A stretch of DNA of 62,759 nucleotides, counting the filler, from a bacterium (lineage in GTDB: Bacteria; JAMORN01): the NCBI GenBank assembly GCA_027063545.1. It is 17 parts of 17 records of this genome, joined end to end, with 100 filler letters (N's around TTAATTAATTAA, not from the genome) between each part and the next. Parts side by side here need not be neighbours in the genome. Positions count along the whole stretch, not along the records: positions 1 to 11,733 come from JAMORN010000040.1; positions 11,834 to 13,761 come from JAMORN010000041.1; positions 13,862 to 25,526 come from JAMORN010000042.1; 14 more parts are not named here. One strand, given 5' to 3'. A model generated the notes under the pieces. The model was not told where the DNA came from. It saw only the letters and a program-made list of their open reading frames with translations, and did no database searches. Below, in pieces: positions 11,088 to 21,164 of the stretch (position 1 is its first letter; the number at the start of each line of letters is the position of its first letter). Position numbers and translations under genes: made by a program.

Positions 11088-11733
11088 ATGGGAGAAAAAA
11101 AGTTTTATATAAAAACTTTTGGCTGTCAGATGAATGTTTATGATTCTAATATTATAGAAAGTAAATTAATAAAAGCAGGATATATCCCTACAGATAAAGA
11201 AGAAGAAGCTGATTTAATAATTTATAATACCTGTGCAGTAAGACAAAAAGCTGAGGAAAGGGCTATTTGGCATATAAAATCTGCAGCCAGCAAATTTAAG
11301 AAGGGATCTAAAATTGCTGTTATAGGTTGTGTGGCTCAAGAGAAAGGAGAAAAGTTAAAGAAAGAATTGCCTTTTGTAAATTATATTATAGGAACGGATG
11401 AGTATAAACGATTTGATGATATAATAAAAGGAAAACTAAAAGATGGAGTATATACAAATGTTTATTCTCAAGAGTTATATGAAGATTTTATAGATGATGT
11501 AGTAGTTAAAGGTCCAACAAGTTTTGTTACTATTATAAGGGGGTGTAATAATTTTTGTAGTTATTGTATTGTTCCTTATGTTAGAGGTAGGGAAAGAAGT
11601 AGGAAAAAAGAGAAGATAATAGATGAGGTAAAGAAATTAGTAGATAAAGGTATCAAAGAGGTTATTTTGTTAGGACAGAATGTTAATTCATATATAGATG
11701 GAAATATTAGATTTCCTGATTTATTGTATGAGG
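11088..11733 (+). CDS. miaB: tRNA methylthiotransferase MiaB (3' truncated at contig end)
   Basis: TFGCQMNVYDS, NTCAVRQKAE, radical SAM GCNNFCSYCIVPYVRGRERSR, LLGQNVNSY; likely start ATG 11088. Confidence 0.95.
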
Positions 11734-11833
11734 NNNNNNNNNNNNNNNNNNNNNNNNNNNNNNNNNNNNNNNNNNNNTTAATTAATTAANNNNNNNNNNN
11801 NNNNNNNNNNNNNNNNNNNNNNNNNNNNNNNNN
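11734..11833. other. Artificial contig linker N44-TTAATTAATTAA-N44 (first of 16; others at 13762-13861, 25527-25626, 27541-27640, 29549-29648, 31552-31651, 33542-33641, 45112-45211, 47100-47199, 49088-49187, 51067-51166, 53046-53145, 55009-55108, 56957-57056, 58903-59002, 60839-60938)
   Basis: Identical 100-nt N-padded spacers with stops in all six frames; genes are cut mid-ORF at most junctions. Confidence 0.99.
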
Positions 11834-13761
11834 TGGAAAGTGATACAGAAAGAATAATAACAGCAAATGAAAGAGCAGTAAAAAGAATTTTAGAAAGGAG
11901 TAAATTTTTTCAAAAGGAAGGGTGGTTTTATATAGTAATAAATAAAAAGAAAACCGTTGATAAATTTATGTTTGAAAAGGATAAAGTAGAAGAAGAACCA
12001 CTATTTAAAATAGATATATACTTCTTAACACATATAGATGATTTTGCAAGAGAATTAGGTTTAACAACATACAGGAAGCTGAAAGGGGAAGAATTGGTTA
12101 GAGAGCTTTATAAGATAATAACACTGCAAGAGGTAGTTTATATAGATAGAAGGGAATACAAATTAAAAAGTAGTTTGCAAGTAGAAAAACCCAGAAATAT
12201 GTTAAGAATTCCTTTGGAAATATTACAAGCGGAAACACCCGAAGAGAGAATAATGAGGTATGGAATAGAAACAATAATGTCGGATATAGATAACTATAAG
12301 GTTTATATAGGTGCATATCCATCTCCAACAGATAAAGTTTTATGGAATGAAATATTTAATGCCGATTGGGAAGGTTCATTGTGGTTATGTTTTAATGTAA
12401 ACAATCCTTTAAGCTTCTTAAAAGCAAGAAGAATAGGTGAAATAGATAAAGAAAGAATAGATAAATGGACTTTTCTCATAGAGGAATATGAAAAAGGAGA
12501 GTTATCCTTGGGAAGAATAATCCCCATTTTAATTACAAGAAAGGATTTTGATAATAATGAAAAATCGATTTTAGATACATTCAAATTTTTAGGATTTTAC
12601 GAAGTTATAGATGTAGCTTCAAATAAAAAAGATTATTTATTATCCACACCTATACTATATACAGATATAGAATATGAAACCTTAAAAACGGAAAAAGAAC
12701 TGAAAAATTATATAATAATTTCGGGTTTAAAACAAGTAGAACCAGAAAAAGCCTTGTTATGGGGACAGTCAAAAAGAAAAAATTTTGTCAATTTTAATCT
12801 ATTTTGTTCATCACCTCAACGAGAGGCAAATTTAAATCCTCACTTTACGATTATAGCTCCTTCGGGTGCAGGAAAAAGTTTTAATTTAGAACTGCTAATA
12901 GTCCAAGCATTAAATCTGGATTTACAGTCTTTATATTTTGGGGAAGAAGAATATAAAAAATATTTACGAAATAATATTAGAGTGAGATATTTTGATAAAG
13001 GTTATTCAGCAGAACTCTTATTTAAGTTAATGGAACACAGGGGTTTAGAAGTTGGAATTTTTGCTACTAATATAGATGAAGTTTCTTTTAACGTTATAGA
13101 ATTAGAAGAGTTAAAAATCGAAGAAATCCTTTTTTCTTTAAATTTAATCAATACTATACTTGAGATAAAACAGGTTGAACCTATAAAAGGTATAGAAAGC
13201 TCTTTATTTCAAGAAGCATTAAAAGCCCTTTACAGTCCTGAAAATCAAAAGACATGGTTATCAAAAGGAATGGAAATAATAGCTTTAGGAAAGAAGATGG
13301 ACTTCGTTTTAGAAAAAATAAAAGAGGAAGACTATACGCTGACACCCGAACAAATTGCTAAAAAATATCCCGAATTTGCGAATATAGACAAACCTTTAAT
13401 AGGAGATTTGAAGAAACTACTTGCAGATGAATTCATGAGAAAGTATAAAGATGACCCTGAAATGATAAAACATATTAGAAGTTTGATGGAAAAATTGGAA
13501 GTTTTAACAGATACAATCTTTGATAAGCCTACAAGGTTAAATTTAAAAAATGCTAAATATTTCTATATGGATATAGAAAAAATAAGGGACAACGAATATT
13601 TTATACCTATAATGCTTGCAATAATAAAAAAATTAGTGGATTTAGATAAAAAAAGTATGAAAAAAGATGAATATGCATTGTATGTATTTGATGAAGCACA
13701 TAACTTATTTATGTTAGGAGACCAGAAGTCGCAATATGCGGTAGAAACTCTTTTAGGGCTA
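11834..13761 (+). CDS. VirB4/TraC-like type IV secretion ATPase (truncated at both ends)
   Basis: Frame is open across the whole contig; Walker A NPHFTIIAPSGAGKS, RYFDKGYS motif, Walker B YVFDEAHNL. Confidence 0.72.
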
Positions 13762-13982
13762 NNNNNNNNNNNNNNNNNNNNNNNNNNNNNNNNNNNNNNN
13801 NNNNNTTAATTAATTAANNNNNNNNNNNNNNNNNNNNNNNNNNNNNNNNNNNNNNNNNNNNATGAAGGTATATATAAATAATAAGTACGCAGGTGTTTGG
13901 AAGATAGTTATAAAATAGAGTATATTAGAATTTATGGGTTAGTTGTATCTTTCTTAATAAAAGATTAATTTTTTAGTAAAGA

Positions 13983-15008
13983 CTAAAAAGTTTCGTAGAT
14001 TTGATAGAAATCAAATAGAGGATAGATTTTGTTTTTATAATATACACTTAATTGATTTTTCCCATGTTTTTTAGAATAATATAAAGCTTCATCAGCTTTT
14101 TCTATTAAGAAGTCGGGATCTATATCTTCTATAGGATTTGATGTAATTAAATCATCAAGTTCAGCTAGTCCTAGGGATATAGTTATTTTTCTGTTTATAC
14201 CAATATTACTAAAATCCTGTTCTTCCATTTTTTTTCTTATTCTTTCTCCTACAAATGTAGCATTATACAAATTTGTTCCAGGAAGTATAACAATAAACTC
14301 TTCTCCTCCAAACCTACAAGGAATATCTTGTCCTCTTATACTATTTTTAACTATTAAGGCTAGTCTTTTTAGTACTTCATCGCCTGCTAAGTGTCCATAA
14401 GTATCATTTATTTTTTTAAAATTATCTATATCCATTATTATTAAAGAAATATTTATAGATGTTCTTTTATAATTTTCTACTTCATTGATTAAAGTTTCAT
14501 ATAAATACTTTTTATTGTATAACCCAGTAAGAGCATCTGTTATAGAGTCTAATTTTGTTTTATCATACTTATCTTGAATCCCATAATAATCACTCATGTT
14601 TTGAATATATAAAAGATATCCAATTACATTTTTACTTTTTTCATTTTCAAATAAGGGAATAATTGTTAAAGTAGAAATAAATTCCTGATTTAATTCTTTA
14701 TTATAAAGTCTTACCTGTTCATATGTCCTTGCTGTAGTATTTGAAGGCATAGTATATATAATATTTTCTAAATTATCAATAATGCTATTTTCTATAAATT
14801 TAAAATCAAAGATATCTATTAATTTTTTTCCTTTATCTTTATAATTTCTTATAAATTTTTTATAATTCATTCCTGGAAAAAAGAATATAAGAAAATTTCT
14901 ATTTACATACTCAATCTTTAAATCAGGAGAAACAATTACTATCCCCTGAGGAAGCCTATCAAGAATTGTTTTGAAAAGCTCAATTTTTTCCTTTAATTTT
15001 TCATTCAT
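13983..15008 (-). CDS. PAS-GGDEF diguanylate cyclase
   Basis: N-terminal PAS (ILDRLPQGIVIVSPDLKIEYVN), DALTGLYNK, DIDNFKKINDTYGH, RGQD I-site, RFGGEEF. Confidence 0.92.
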   Translation of the reverse strand: MNEKLKEKIELFKTILDRLPQGIVIVSPDLKIEYVNRNFLIFFFPGMNYKKFIRNYKDKGKKLIDIFDFKFIENSIIDNLENIIYTMPSNTTARTYEQVRLYNKELNQEFISTLTIIPLFENEKSKNVIGYLLYIQNMSDYYGIQDKYDKTKLDSITDALTGLYNKKYLYETLINEVENYKRTSINISLIIMDIDNFKKINDTYGHLAGDEVLKRLALIVKNSIRGQDIPCRFGGEEFIVILPGTNLYNATFVGERIRKKMEEQDFSNIGINRKITISLGLAELDDLITSNPIEDIDPDFLIEKADEALYYSKKHGKNQLSVYYKNKIYPLFDFYQIYETF

Positions 15009-15057
15009 AGTATATTAAAAATAATTTATTTTAAGTTAAAAATAAAAGTTAAGTATT

Positions 15058-15945
15058 ATGAAAATCATAAAAAATTTAAAACTTAATCCTTATAATACTT
15101 TTAATTTAAATTCGTTAGCAAAAGAAGTTATAATTATAGAAAATAATAATGATTTAGAAAAATTTCTAAAATTTATCCAACTCTCAAATAAAAGTAATTT
15201 AATTATATTGGGAAGAGGTTCAAATATAGTTCTAACAAAAACAACCTATGATTATGTTTTTATTGATAGAAGAAATTCTATTATTTTAAAAGAGAATACA
15301 ATAGAAATCGATGGAGGAGTTTTGTTAAATAACTTAATAAAATTTTTATGGGATCAAAAGATAGTAGGATTAGAAAATTTATTTGGAATTCCAGGTACTT
15401 TGGCAGGTGCAGTGATATCAAATGTTGGAGCCTATGAAAGAGAAATAGAAGAAAATATTTTATCAGTAGAAGTTGTAGATATAGAAACAAGAGATATTTT
15501 TTTACTAAAAAAAAGAGATTTAAATTTTTCTTATAGGAGTTCTATTTTAAAAAAATGGTTAAAGGAGAATAAGAAATTTTTTATCACAAAAATTTTTATA
15601 GATTTAAATAGTCTAATATTTTTAGAGAGAGAAGATGATTTAAAACAGTATAAAAGTAAGGCTTATAATATATTAAAAATAAGAAAATTTAAACTCCCTA
15701 GAGGGAGACATGTTGGAAGTTTTTTTAAAAATCCACCACACAATTTTGCTGGGAAATTAATAGAAGAAGCAGGTCTTAAGGGATTTAGGTATAAAAATTT
15801 AGTTGTTTCTCCTAAACATGCTAATGTTATTATAAATATAGGAGAATCCACGGGTGAGGATGTTATAGCTATTGAGAATATAATAAAAGAAGAAGTATAT
15901 AAAAAATTTTCTATACTTCTTGAACGAGAGGTTATATATATATAA
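15058..15945 (+). CDS. murB: UDP-N-acetylmuramate dehydrogenase
   Basis: LGRGSNIV, GIPGTLAGA, SYRSS, GSFFKNP, HANVIIN, LEREV. Confidence 0.95.
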   Translation: MKIIKNLKLNPYNTFNLNSLAKEVIIIENNNDLEKFLKFIQLSNKSNLIILGRGSNIVLTKTTYDYVFIDRRNSIILKENTIEIDGGVLLNNLIKFLWDQKIVGLENLFGIPGTLAGAVISNVGAYEREIEENILSVEVVDIETRDIFLLKKRDLNFSYRSSILKKWLKENKKFFITKIFIDLNSLIFLEREDDLKQYKSKAYNILKIRKFKLPRGRHVGSFFKNPPHNFAGKLIEEAGLKGFRYKNLVVSPKHANVIINIGESTGEDVIAIENIIKEEVYKKFSILLEREVIYI

Positions 15946-15950
15946 ACAAT

Positions 15951-16490
15951 ATGAATATAGTTAAATTTAATAAATATGATATTGTATTTTTAGGCTTTGA
16001 GATTGATAAAAAAATAGATAGATATAGTTTAATTAATTTGTATAAAAAATTAATAAGAAAATATATAGGAAATTTTTCTTTAGAGTATGATTTGTATGGA
16101 AAGCCTTATTTAACTGATGAATATGGAAATCTAAAAAATATATCAATAAGTCATTCTAAAAATATATATATAATAGGAATTGATATTGAAGATAAGTATA
16201 AAGAAATAGGAATAGATTTAGAATTAAACTCTATAAATAATAAGTTAAAAAGAAAAATATTAAATAAGTACGATATAACAACAATAGATTTTAAAGATTT
16301 ATGGTTGATAAAAGAAGCAGCATTAAAATGTCTGGGTACAGGATTAAGTTTTGGGATGAAAAATATCTTAGTAGAGTCTAAAAATAAGATAAAGATAGAG
16401 AGTAGTTTTAGAAAATTTTATTTTAAGAAATTAAATTTTATTTTAAAAGACAAAATCTATTTTTTTTATTTAGTATATGAATTTTTTTAA
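15951..16490 (+). CDS. 4'-phosphopantetheinyl transferase (Sfp-like)
   Basis: YGKPYL, ISISHS, IGIDLE, WLIKEAALKCLGTGL. Confidence 0.85.
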   Translation: MNIVKFNKYDIVFLGFEIDKKIDRYSLINLYKKLIRKYIGNFSLEYDLYGKPYLTDEYGNLKNISISHSKNIYIIGIDIEDKYKEIGIDLELNSINNKLKRKILNKYDITTIDFKDLWLIKEAALKCLGTGLSFGMKNILVESKNKIKIESSFRKFYFKKLNFILKDKIYFFYLVYEFF

Positions 16491-16509
16491 CCCAAAGTAG
16501 GAGAAGTAT

Positions 16510-18813
16510 ATGAAATTTTTATTAAAATTAAAAACTATCTATTTTATAGTATGGTTATTTACCTTTAATTTTTTATCAAATTCTATCTATTCAGAATTTT
16601 TAAATTTAAATTTTACAGAAGATAAATATGATCTATTAAGAAATAGGTATAATTCTTCTTATATTTTTTTTGGGTATAGAAATATAGATAATACATATAC
16701 TTTAGGTTTATATAAAAATTTTTTTGGGTTGGGTGTAAAATTTCAAGATAATTTATATGCCCATAATTATAGTTTTTATTTTATTCAAAATTTAGATTTA
16801 ACAGATAACTATACATTAGGATATAGATATAAGAGAAATTATGAAAATAATAAAGTTTCTCCTACCTGGGATATTTCATCTTCTTTTAATTATAAATATG
16901 TGAATTTTAATTTTTGGCTATATGATATAACAAAAAATATATCCTCACAAATTTACAAAGAGTTTAATATAAACTTATATATAAGTAAGGAACTTTCAAT
17001 AGGAATAGAAGATAGATTTAAGGATTTTACTAAAGATGAACTTTTAGATACAATAGTTTATAAATTATCACTTTCCTACTACACCAATGTACAAACAGAG
17101 ATAGGAATAAAACATAAAGTATCAACACCTATAGAAAACATAAATGACTTTTATATAAAGTTTAAATATAATTTCTACAACAATTTAGATTTTCAAATAG
17201 ATGCAGAAAACAATAAAGAAGATATATATAATAATTATACTCTTTATTATAATTTTAACCATTTAATTCATAGAAAGAATACAGAAAAGTATTATCTATA
17301 TTGGGAATTGCCTACAAATTTAGATTTAGAATATGGCTTATTTAAAAAAGAAAATCCTATGATAAGATTTTATAAGAATCTTAACTATTATATAAAAGAT
17401 AAAAACCTAAAAGGTATTATAATTAAAATAAGTATAAATGGAAATAACTTTGCTACTTATTATAATCTAAAACGAGCATTGGAGAAATTAAAAAAACAAG
17501 GAAAGGAAATAATATTTTATTTAGAAAGTGGTAGTCTAAAAGATTTCTATTTAGCCTCTATAGGAGATAAAATTTATTTATATCCCTATGGTTATTATAT
17601 TTTTACTTATCCTCATTTTGAAGTAATGTATTATAAAGGACTTATGAATAAATTAGGGATAGACTTTCAGTTTGTTAGATATGAAAAATTTAAATCTGCA
17701 GTAGAGCCATTTGCATTTGATTCATCTACATTTGAGAGTAAAGTAAATAGACTAGAAGTTCTTTATGATTTTAGAAATTATTTACTTAATTATACCAATT
17801 TAAATTTAGATAGTTTAGTTAATAGACCTATTTATACTGGAATAACCCTTTTAAATAGGATAAAAAAATTAGATAAAAAGAAGTTTAATATAGATACTTT
17901 AAATTTCTTTTCATTAATAAAAGATATAAATCGAAAGAATTATAACATAATTAATATATCTAAGATTGAATATACAGATTATCAAAGTAGGTATATAGAT
18001 GGAAAAATTGCAGTTATTCCAATAGAAGGAACTATTATTACAGGGAAAAGTTACAATTCCTATTTTGAGAAATTTACAGGAAGTGATGATATTATAGAAA
18101 AAATAAATAAAGTAGAAAAGGATAAAAGTATTAAACTAGTTGTTTTTTATATAAATTCACCAGGCGGAAGTGCCCTTGCCAGTGATATAATATATACTAA
18201 AATTAAAAGTATGAAAAAGAAAAAAATAGCATATATTAACTCATTAGGAGCAAGTGGTGCTTACTATATTGCATCTGCTTGTGATAGAATATATTCTACA
18301 GATTATTCTATAGTTGGAAGTATTGGAGTTTTTTATGGAAAGTTTATATTTAAAAAATTCTATAAAAAACTTGGTTTAAATAAAGAGATAGATAAATTAT
18401 CTAAGTATGATGATTTCTTTAGTGAAAATACATATTTAGATTCTACAGAGTATAAAATTTTACAAGATGAATTAGGACTAACATATAAAAGATTTTTAGA
18501 AGTAGTATCTTCCTCAAGAAATTTTAAAGTTGATTCTTTAAGAATGTTAGCAGGAGGAAGAATCTATACTGGATATAAAGCATATAAACTTGGGCTTGTA
18601 GATTCATGCTTAGATTTTTCTTCTTTAATAGAAAAATACTCTAAAGATTTAAACTTAAAAAATTATGAGGTAGTTTTCTATAAAAAAGATTTAAAAGATG
18701 ATTTAAAAACATTGATATTTTCTACAAAAGTAGATTATTATAGAGAGTTTATAGAAAAAATGAAAAATCCACAAATATATATGATATTACCATATAGAGT
18801 GAAGATAGAATAA
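16510..18813 (+). CDS. sppA: Signal peptide peptidase SppA (two S49 domains) with ~250-aa N-terminal beta-rich extension
   Basis: FYLASIGDKIY, KFKSAVEP, IAVIPIEGTI, INSPGGSALAS, GASGAYYIA, GSIGV, GGRIYTG. Confidence 0.88.
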   Translation: MKFLLKLKTIYFIVWLFTFNFLSNSIYSEFLNLNFTEDKYDLLRNRYNSSYIFFGYRNIDNTYTLGLYKNFFGLGVKFQDNLYAHNYSFYFIQNLDLTDNYTLGYRYKRNYENNKVSPTWDISSSFNYKYVNFNFWLYDITKNISSQIYKEFNINLYISKELSIGIEDRFKDFTKDELLDTIVYKLSLSYYTNVQTEIGIKHKVSTPIENINDFYIKFKYNFYNNLDFQIDAENNKEDIYNNYTLYYNFNHLIHRKNTEKYYLYWELPTNLDLEYGLFKKENPMIRFYKNLNYYIKDKNLKGIIIKISINGNNFATYYNLKRALEKLKKQGKEIIFYLESGSLKDFYLASIGDKIYLYPYGYYIFTYPHFEVMYYKGLMNKLGIDFQFVRYEKFKSAVEPFAFDSSTFESKVNRLEVLYDFRNYLLNYTNLNLDSLVNRPIYTGITLLNRIKKLDKKKFNIDTLNFFSLIKDINRKNYNIINISKIEYTDYQSRYIDGKIAVIPIEGTIITGKSYNSYFEKFTGSDDIIEKINKVEKDKSIKLVVFYINSPGGSALASDIIYTKIKSMKKKKIAYINSLGASGAYYIASACDRIYSTDYSIVGSIGVFYGKFIFKKFYKKLGLNKEIDKLSKYDDFFSENTYLDSTEYKILQDELGLTYKRFLEVVSSSRNFKVDSLRMLAGGRIYTGYKAYKLGLVDSCLDFSSLIEKYSKDLNLKNYEVVFYKKDLKDDLKTLIFSTKVDYYREFIEKMKNPQIYMILPYRVKIE

Positions 18814-18815
18814 AT

Positions 18816-20261
18816 ATGAGAAGAATAATATTATACTTACTTTTTTTTACTATATTTTTATATATAAATATCTTTTCAAATGTAGAAAAAAAAACTATCT
18901 ATCTAACTACACTATTATCTTATAATAGAGATCAAATTTTAACATACTTTGCAGAAGATTATACATATTTAACTAGTATAAATTTTATAGATGGGAAATA
19001 TGTTAGAGTATGGTATAGGGAAAAGGATATAGATACCAATAATGTTATTTTATTAAGAAATAATCTTGATAATGTTTTTGATAGTTATATAAAATTAGGG
19101 TTTAATTTACCACCTTCTGATTCTCTTCTTTCTATGCTTTTAGGGGTTGTTTATGATTATGGCGGAGATTCTAAAATAGATATATATATTATGCCTTTAA
19201 AGTCAAAAGGTTTTTTAGCAATTACATATCCTGATAATGATTTAGTTGTTTTTAATAGTTATAATACCCCTGTTTCCAGTGCTTTTGCCATAATAGATAA
19301 TACAATTTTTAATGATTCTCTTTTATATAAAATTACTTTGTATCATGAAATGTTTCATGTAATACAGCAAGGATATAGAACATTTTTACAAACAGACATA
19401 TATGGGCCTATTCATTCTATTATGGAGGCTTCAAGTGTATTTATGGAGGAGTATTTCTATCCAGATGTTAATGATTATATTCAATATGTTGATGATTACT
19501 TTAATGCTAAAGTGATAGGCCCTATTGCAGGTTATTATACATCATCTGTAGAATCTTATTATGGAAGTGCATTATGGCTTATATACTTAAATAATATTAA
19601 TATATTAAAAAAAATATGGGAAAATATAAATATGGGTAATAATACAATAGAGTCTATAAAAATGGCATTTTTAACTGAAGGAGAAGATTTTAATAATTTT
19701 TGGGATGATTTTCTTAAAAATTTAATATACCTAAATTATGGAAAGTCAAATTTTACTGATAGTAAAGAACTTCCATTTTTTAATACATTTTTTACACTAA
19801 ATAAAGGTGATACAACAACAATAACTTCTATTGGGTATAGCTCTAATATAGTAAAATCAGATGATAAAACGAAGGATATCCTTATTTCTTCTAAAGATTC
19901 TCAATGGAGAGAGTTAATAGTTAATATAGAGGATCAAACATACTATGCTTTTTATAATACATCAGTAGATGAGGTTACCAAAGAAGGATTTTTATACTAT
20001 GGAGAGAGTGAATACTTTAATATCTATGCTTATCCTAATCCATTTACTATGAATGATGATTCTATTGTAATAGAAGGTATTAGCTTAAAAGATAAAAATT
20101 TTTATTGTGATATTTATAACATTAATGGCAAAAAAATTGACGGTTTTAAAATAAAAAGTAATAAAATCCCTATAAATATATTTAAAACTTCTGGAATTTA
20201 TTTTATATTTATTTATAATAATATATACAGGTTCAATTTAAGGGTTGTTTTTATAAAGTAA
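18816..20261 (+). CDS. Secreted HExxH zinc metallopeptidase (MXAN_6640-like) with C-terminal T9SS-CTD/FlgD-Ig-like tail
   Basis: Signal peptide; YHEMFHVIQ...MEASSVFME; C-terminal YAYPNPF...IYNINGK...SGIYF. Confidence 0.75.
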   Translation: MRRIILYLLFFTIFLYINIFSNVEKKTIYLTTLLSYNRDQILTYFAEDYTYLTSINFIDGKYVRVWYREKDIDTNNVILLRNNLDNVFDSYIKLGFNLPPSDSLLSMLLGVVYDYGGDSKIDIYIMPLKSKGFLAITYPDNDLVVFNSYNTPVSSAFAIIDNTIFNDSLLYKITLYHEMFHVIQQGYRTFLQTDIYGPIHSIMEASSVFMEEYFYPDVNDYIQYVDDYFNAKVIGPIAGYYTSSVESYYGSALWLIYLNNINILKKIWENINMGNNTIESIKMAFLTEGEDFNNFWDDFLKNLIYLNYGKSNFTDSKELPFFNTFFTLNKGDTTTITSIGYSSNIVKSDDKTKDILISSKDSQWRELIVNIEDQTYYAFYNTSVDEVTKEGFLYYGESEYFNIYAYPNPFTMNDDSIVIEGISLKDKNFYCDIYNINGKKIDGFKIKSNKIPINIFKTSGIYFIFIYNNIYRFNLRVVFIK

Positions 20262-20285
20262 AATTATCCTAAACAAGGATAGCAT

Positions 20286-21125
20286 ATGGAACTAAAAAAT
20301 AAGTTTTTTTTTGTGTTTATTATAGTAGTGTATTTTAGTGTCCTAAAAGCTCAATCTTTAGATTCTTTAAAAACACAGATTGATACAATACATACAAAAA
20401 AAGTTAAAGTAGTAAAAAGTGATACTACTAAAAATAATTCTATACAAAAAGATTCATTAGAAAATGATTCTTTACAAATAATAAATAAAATGATAAAAGA
20501 GGATAGTTTAACAGAGATAAAGCCAATAGATAGTCTATTTTCAAGTGATTCATTGGAAAAAACAGAAGATACTACAGAAAAATATTTTAAAATAGGAACA
20601 AATCCTAAATGCCCTTCTGATATGGTATATATAGAAGATACAATTGCTACATTTAAAATCTTTGGGAAGCCTATAATAAAAAAGAGGATTAGTTTTTGTA
20701 TAGATAGATTTGAATATCCTAATTTAAGAGGAAGATTTCCTATTGTAAATGTTACTATTTTTGAGGCCGAAAGGTATTGTAAATACAGGGGAAAAAGATT
20801 ATGCAAAGATTATGAATGGGTATCTGCATGTAGAAATACAAAAGAGAATACAATATATCCTTATGGAAATGAGTATATAGATTATAGATGTAATATAAAT
20901 ACTAGAGCTATAGCAAAAAGTGGAGAATATAAAGATTGTCATAATAAGTTTGGTGTTTTTGATATGATAGGAAATGTTTGGGAATGGACAGCAGGTGGTG
21001 GTGTTGGTGCATATGGAGGTTCTTATAAAAATAAAAAGGCGATTTGTAATACATGGAGGGCTTACAAGTTAAAAGAAAGGCGAGAGGATATAGGATTTAG
21101 ATGCTGTAAAGATCCTATTTTTTAA
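20286..21125 (+). CDS. Exported FGE-sulfatase (SUMF1/EgtB/PvdO family) domain protein
   Basis: Signal peptide, DS-rich linker, CPSDMVYI, FCIDRFEYPN, GKRLC..EW, YPYG, FDMIGNVWEW, GFRCC. Confidence 0.85.
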   Translation: MELKNKFFFVFIIVVYFSVLKAQSLDSLKTQIDTIHTKKVKVVKSDTTKNNSIQKDSLENDSLQIINKMIKEDSLTEIKPIDSLFSSDSLEKTEDTTEKYFKIGTNPKCPSDMVYIEDTIATFKIFGKPIIKKRISFCIDRFEYPNLRGRFPIVNVTIFEAERYCKYRGKRLCKDYEWVSACRNTKENTIYPYGNEYIDYRCNINTRAIAKSGEYKDCHNKFGVFDMIGNVWEWTAGGGVGAYGGSYKNKKAICNTWRAYKLKERREDIGFRCCKDPIF

Positions 21126-21164
21126 TATTATCTTGATAGGACTTGGGTGTAGGGGGATTTTTTT

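Noticed and set aside
11088-15008. Apparent miaB - VirB4-like ATPase - GGDEF neighbourhood or island insertion
   Set aside because: The three genes are on different contigs separated by linkers
15951-16490. PPTase as a marker of an NRPS/PKS cluster
   Set aside because: No carrier-protein or synthase genes on the contig; housekeeping context next to murB
20351-20806. 151-aa minus-strand ORF
   Set aside because: Antisense shadow of the FGE-domain gene
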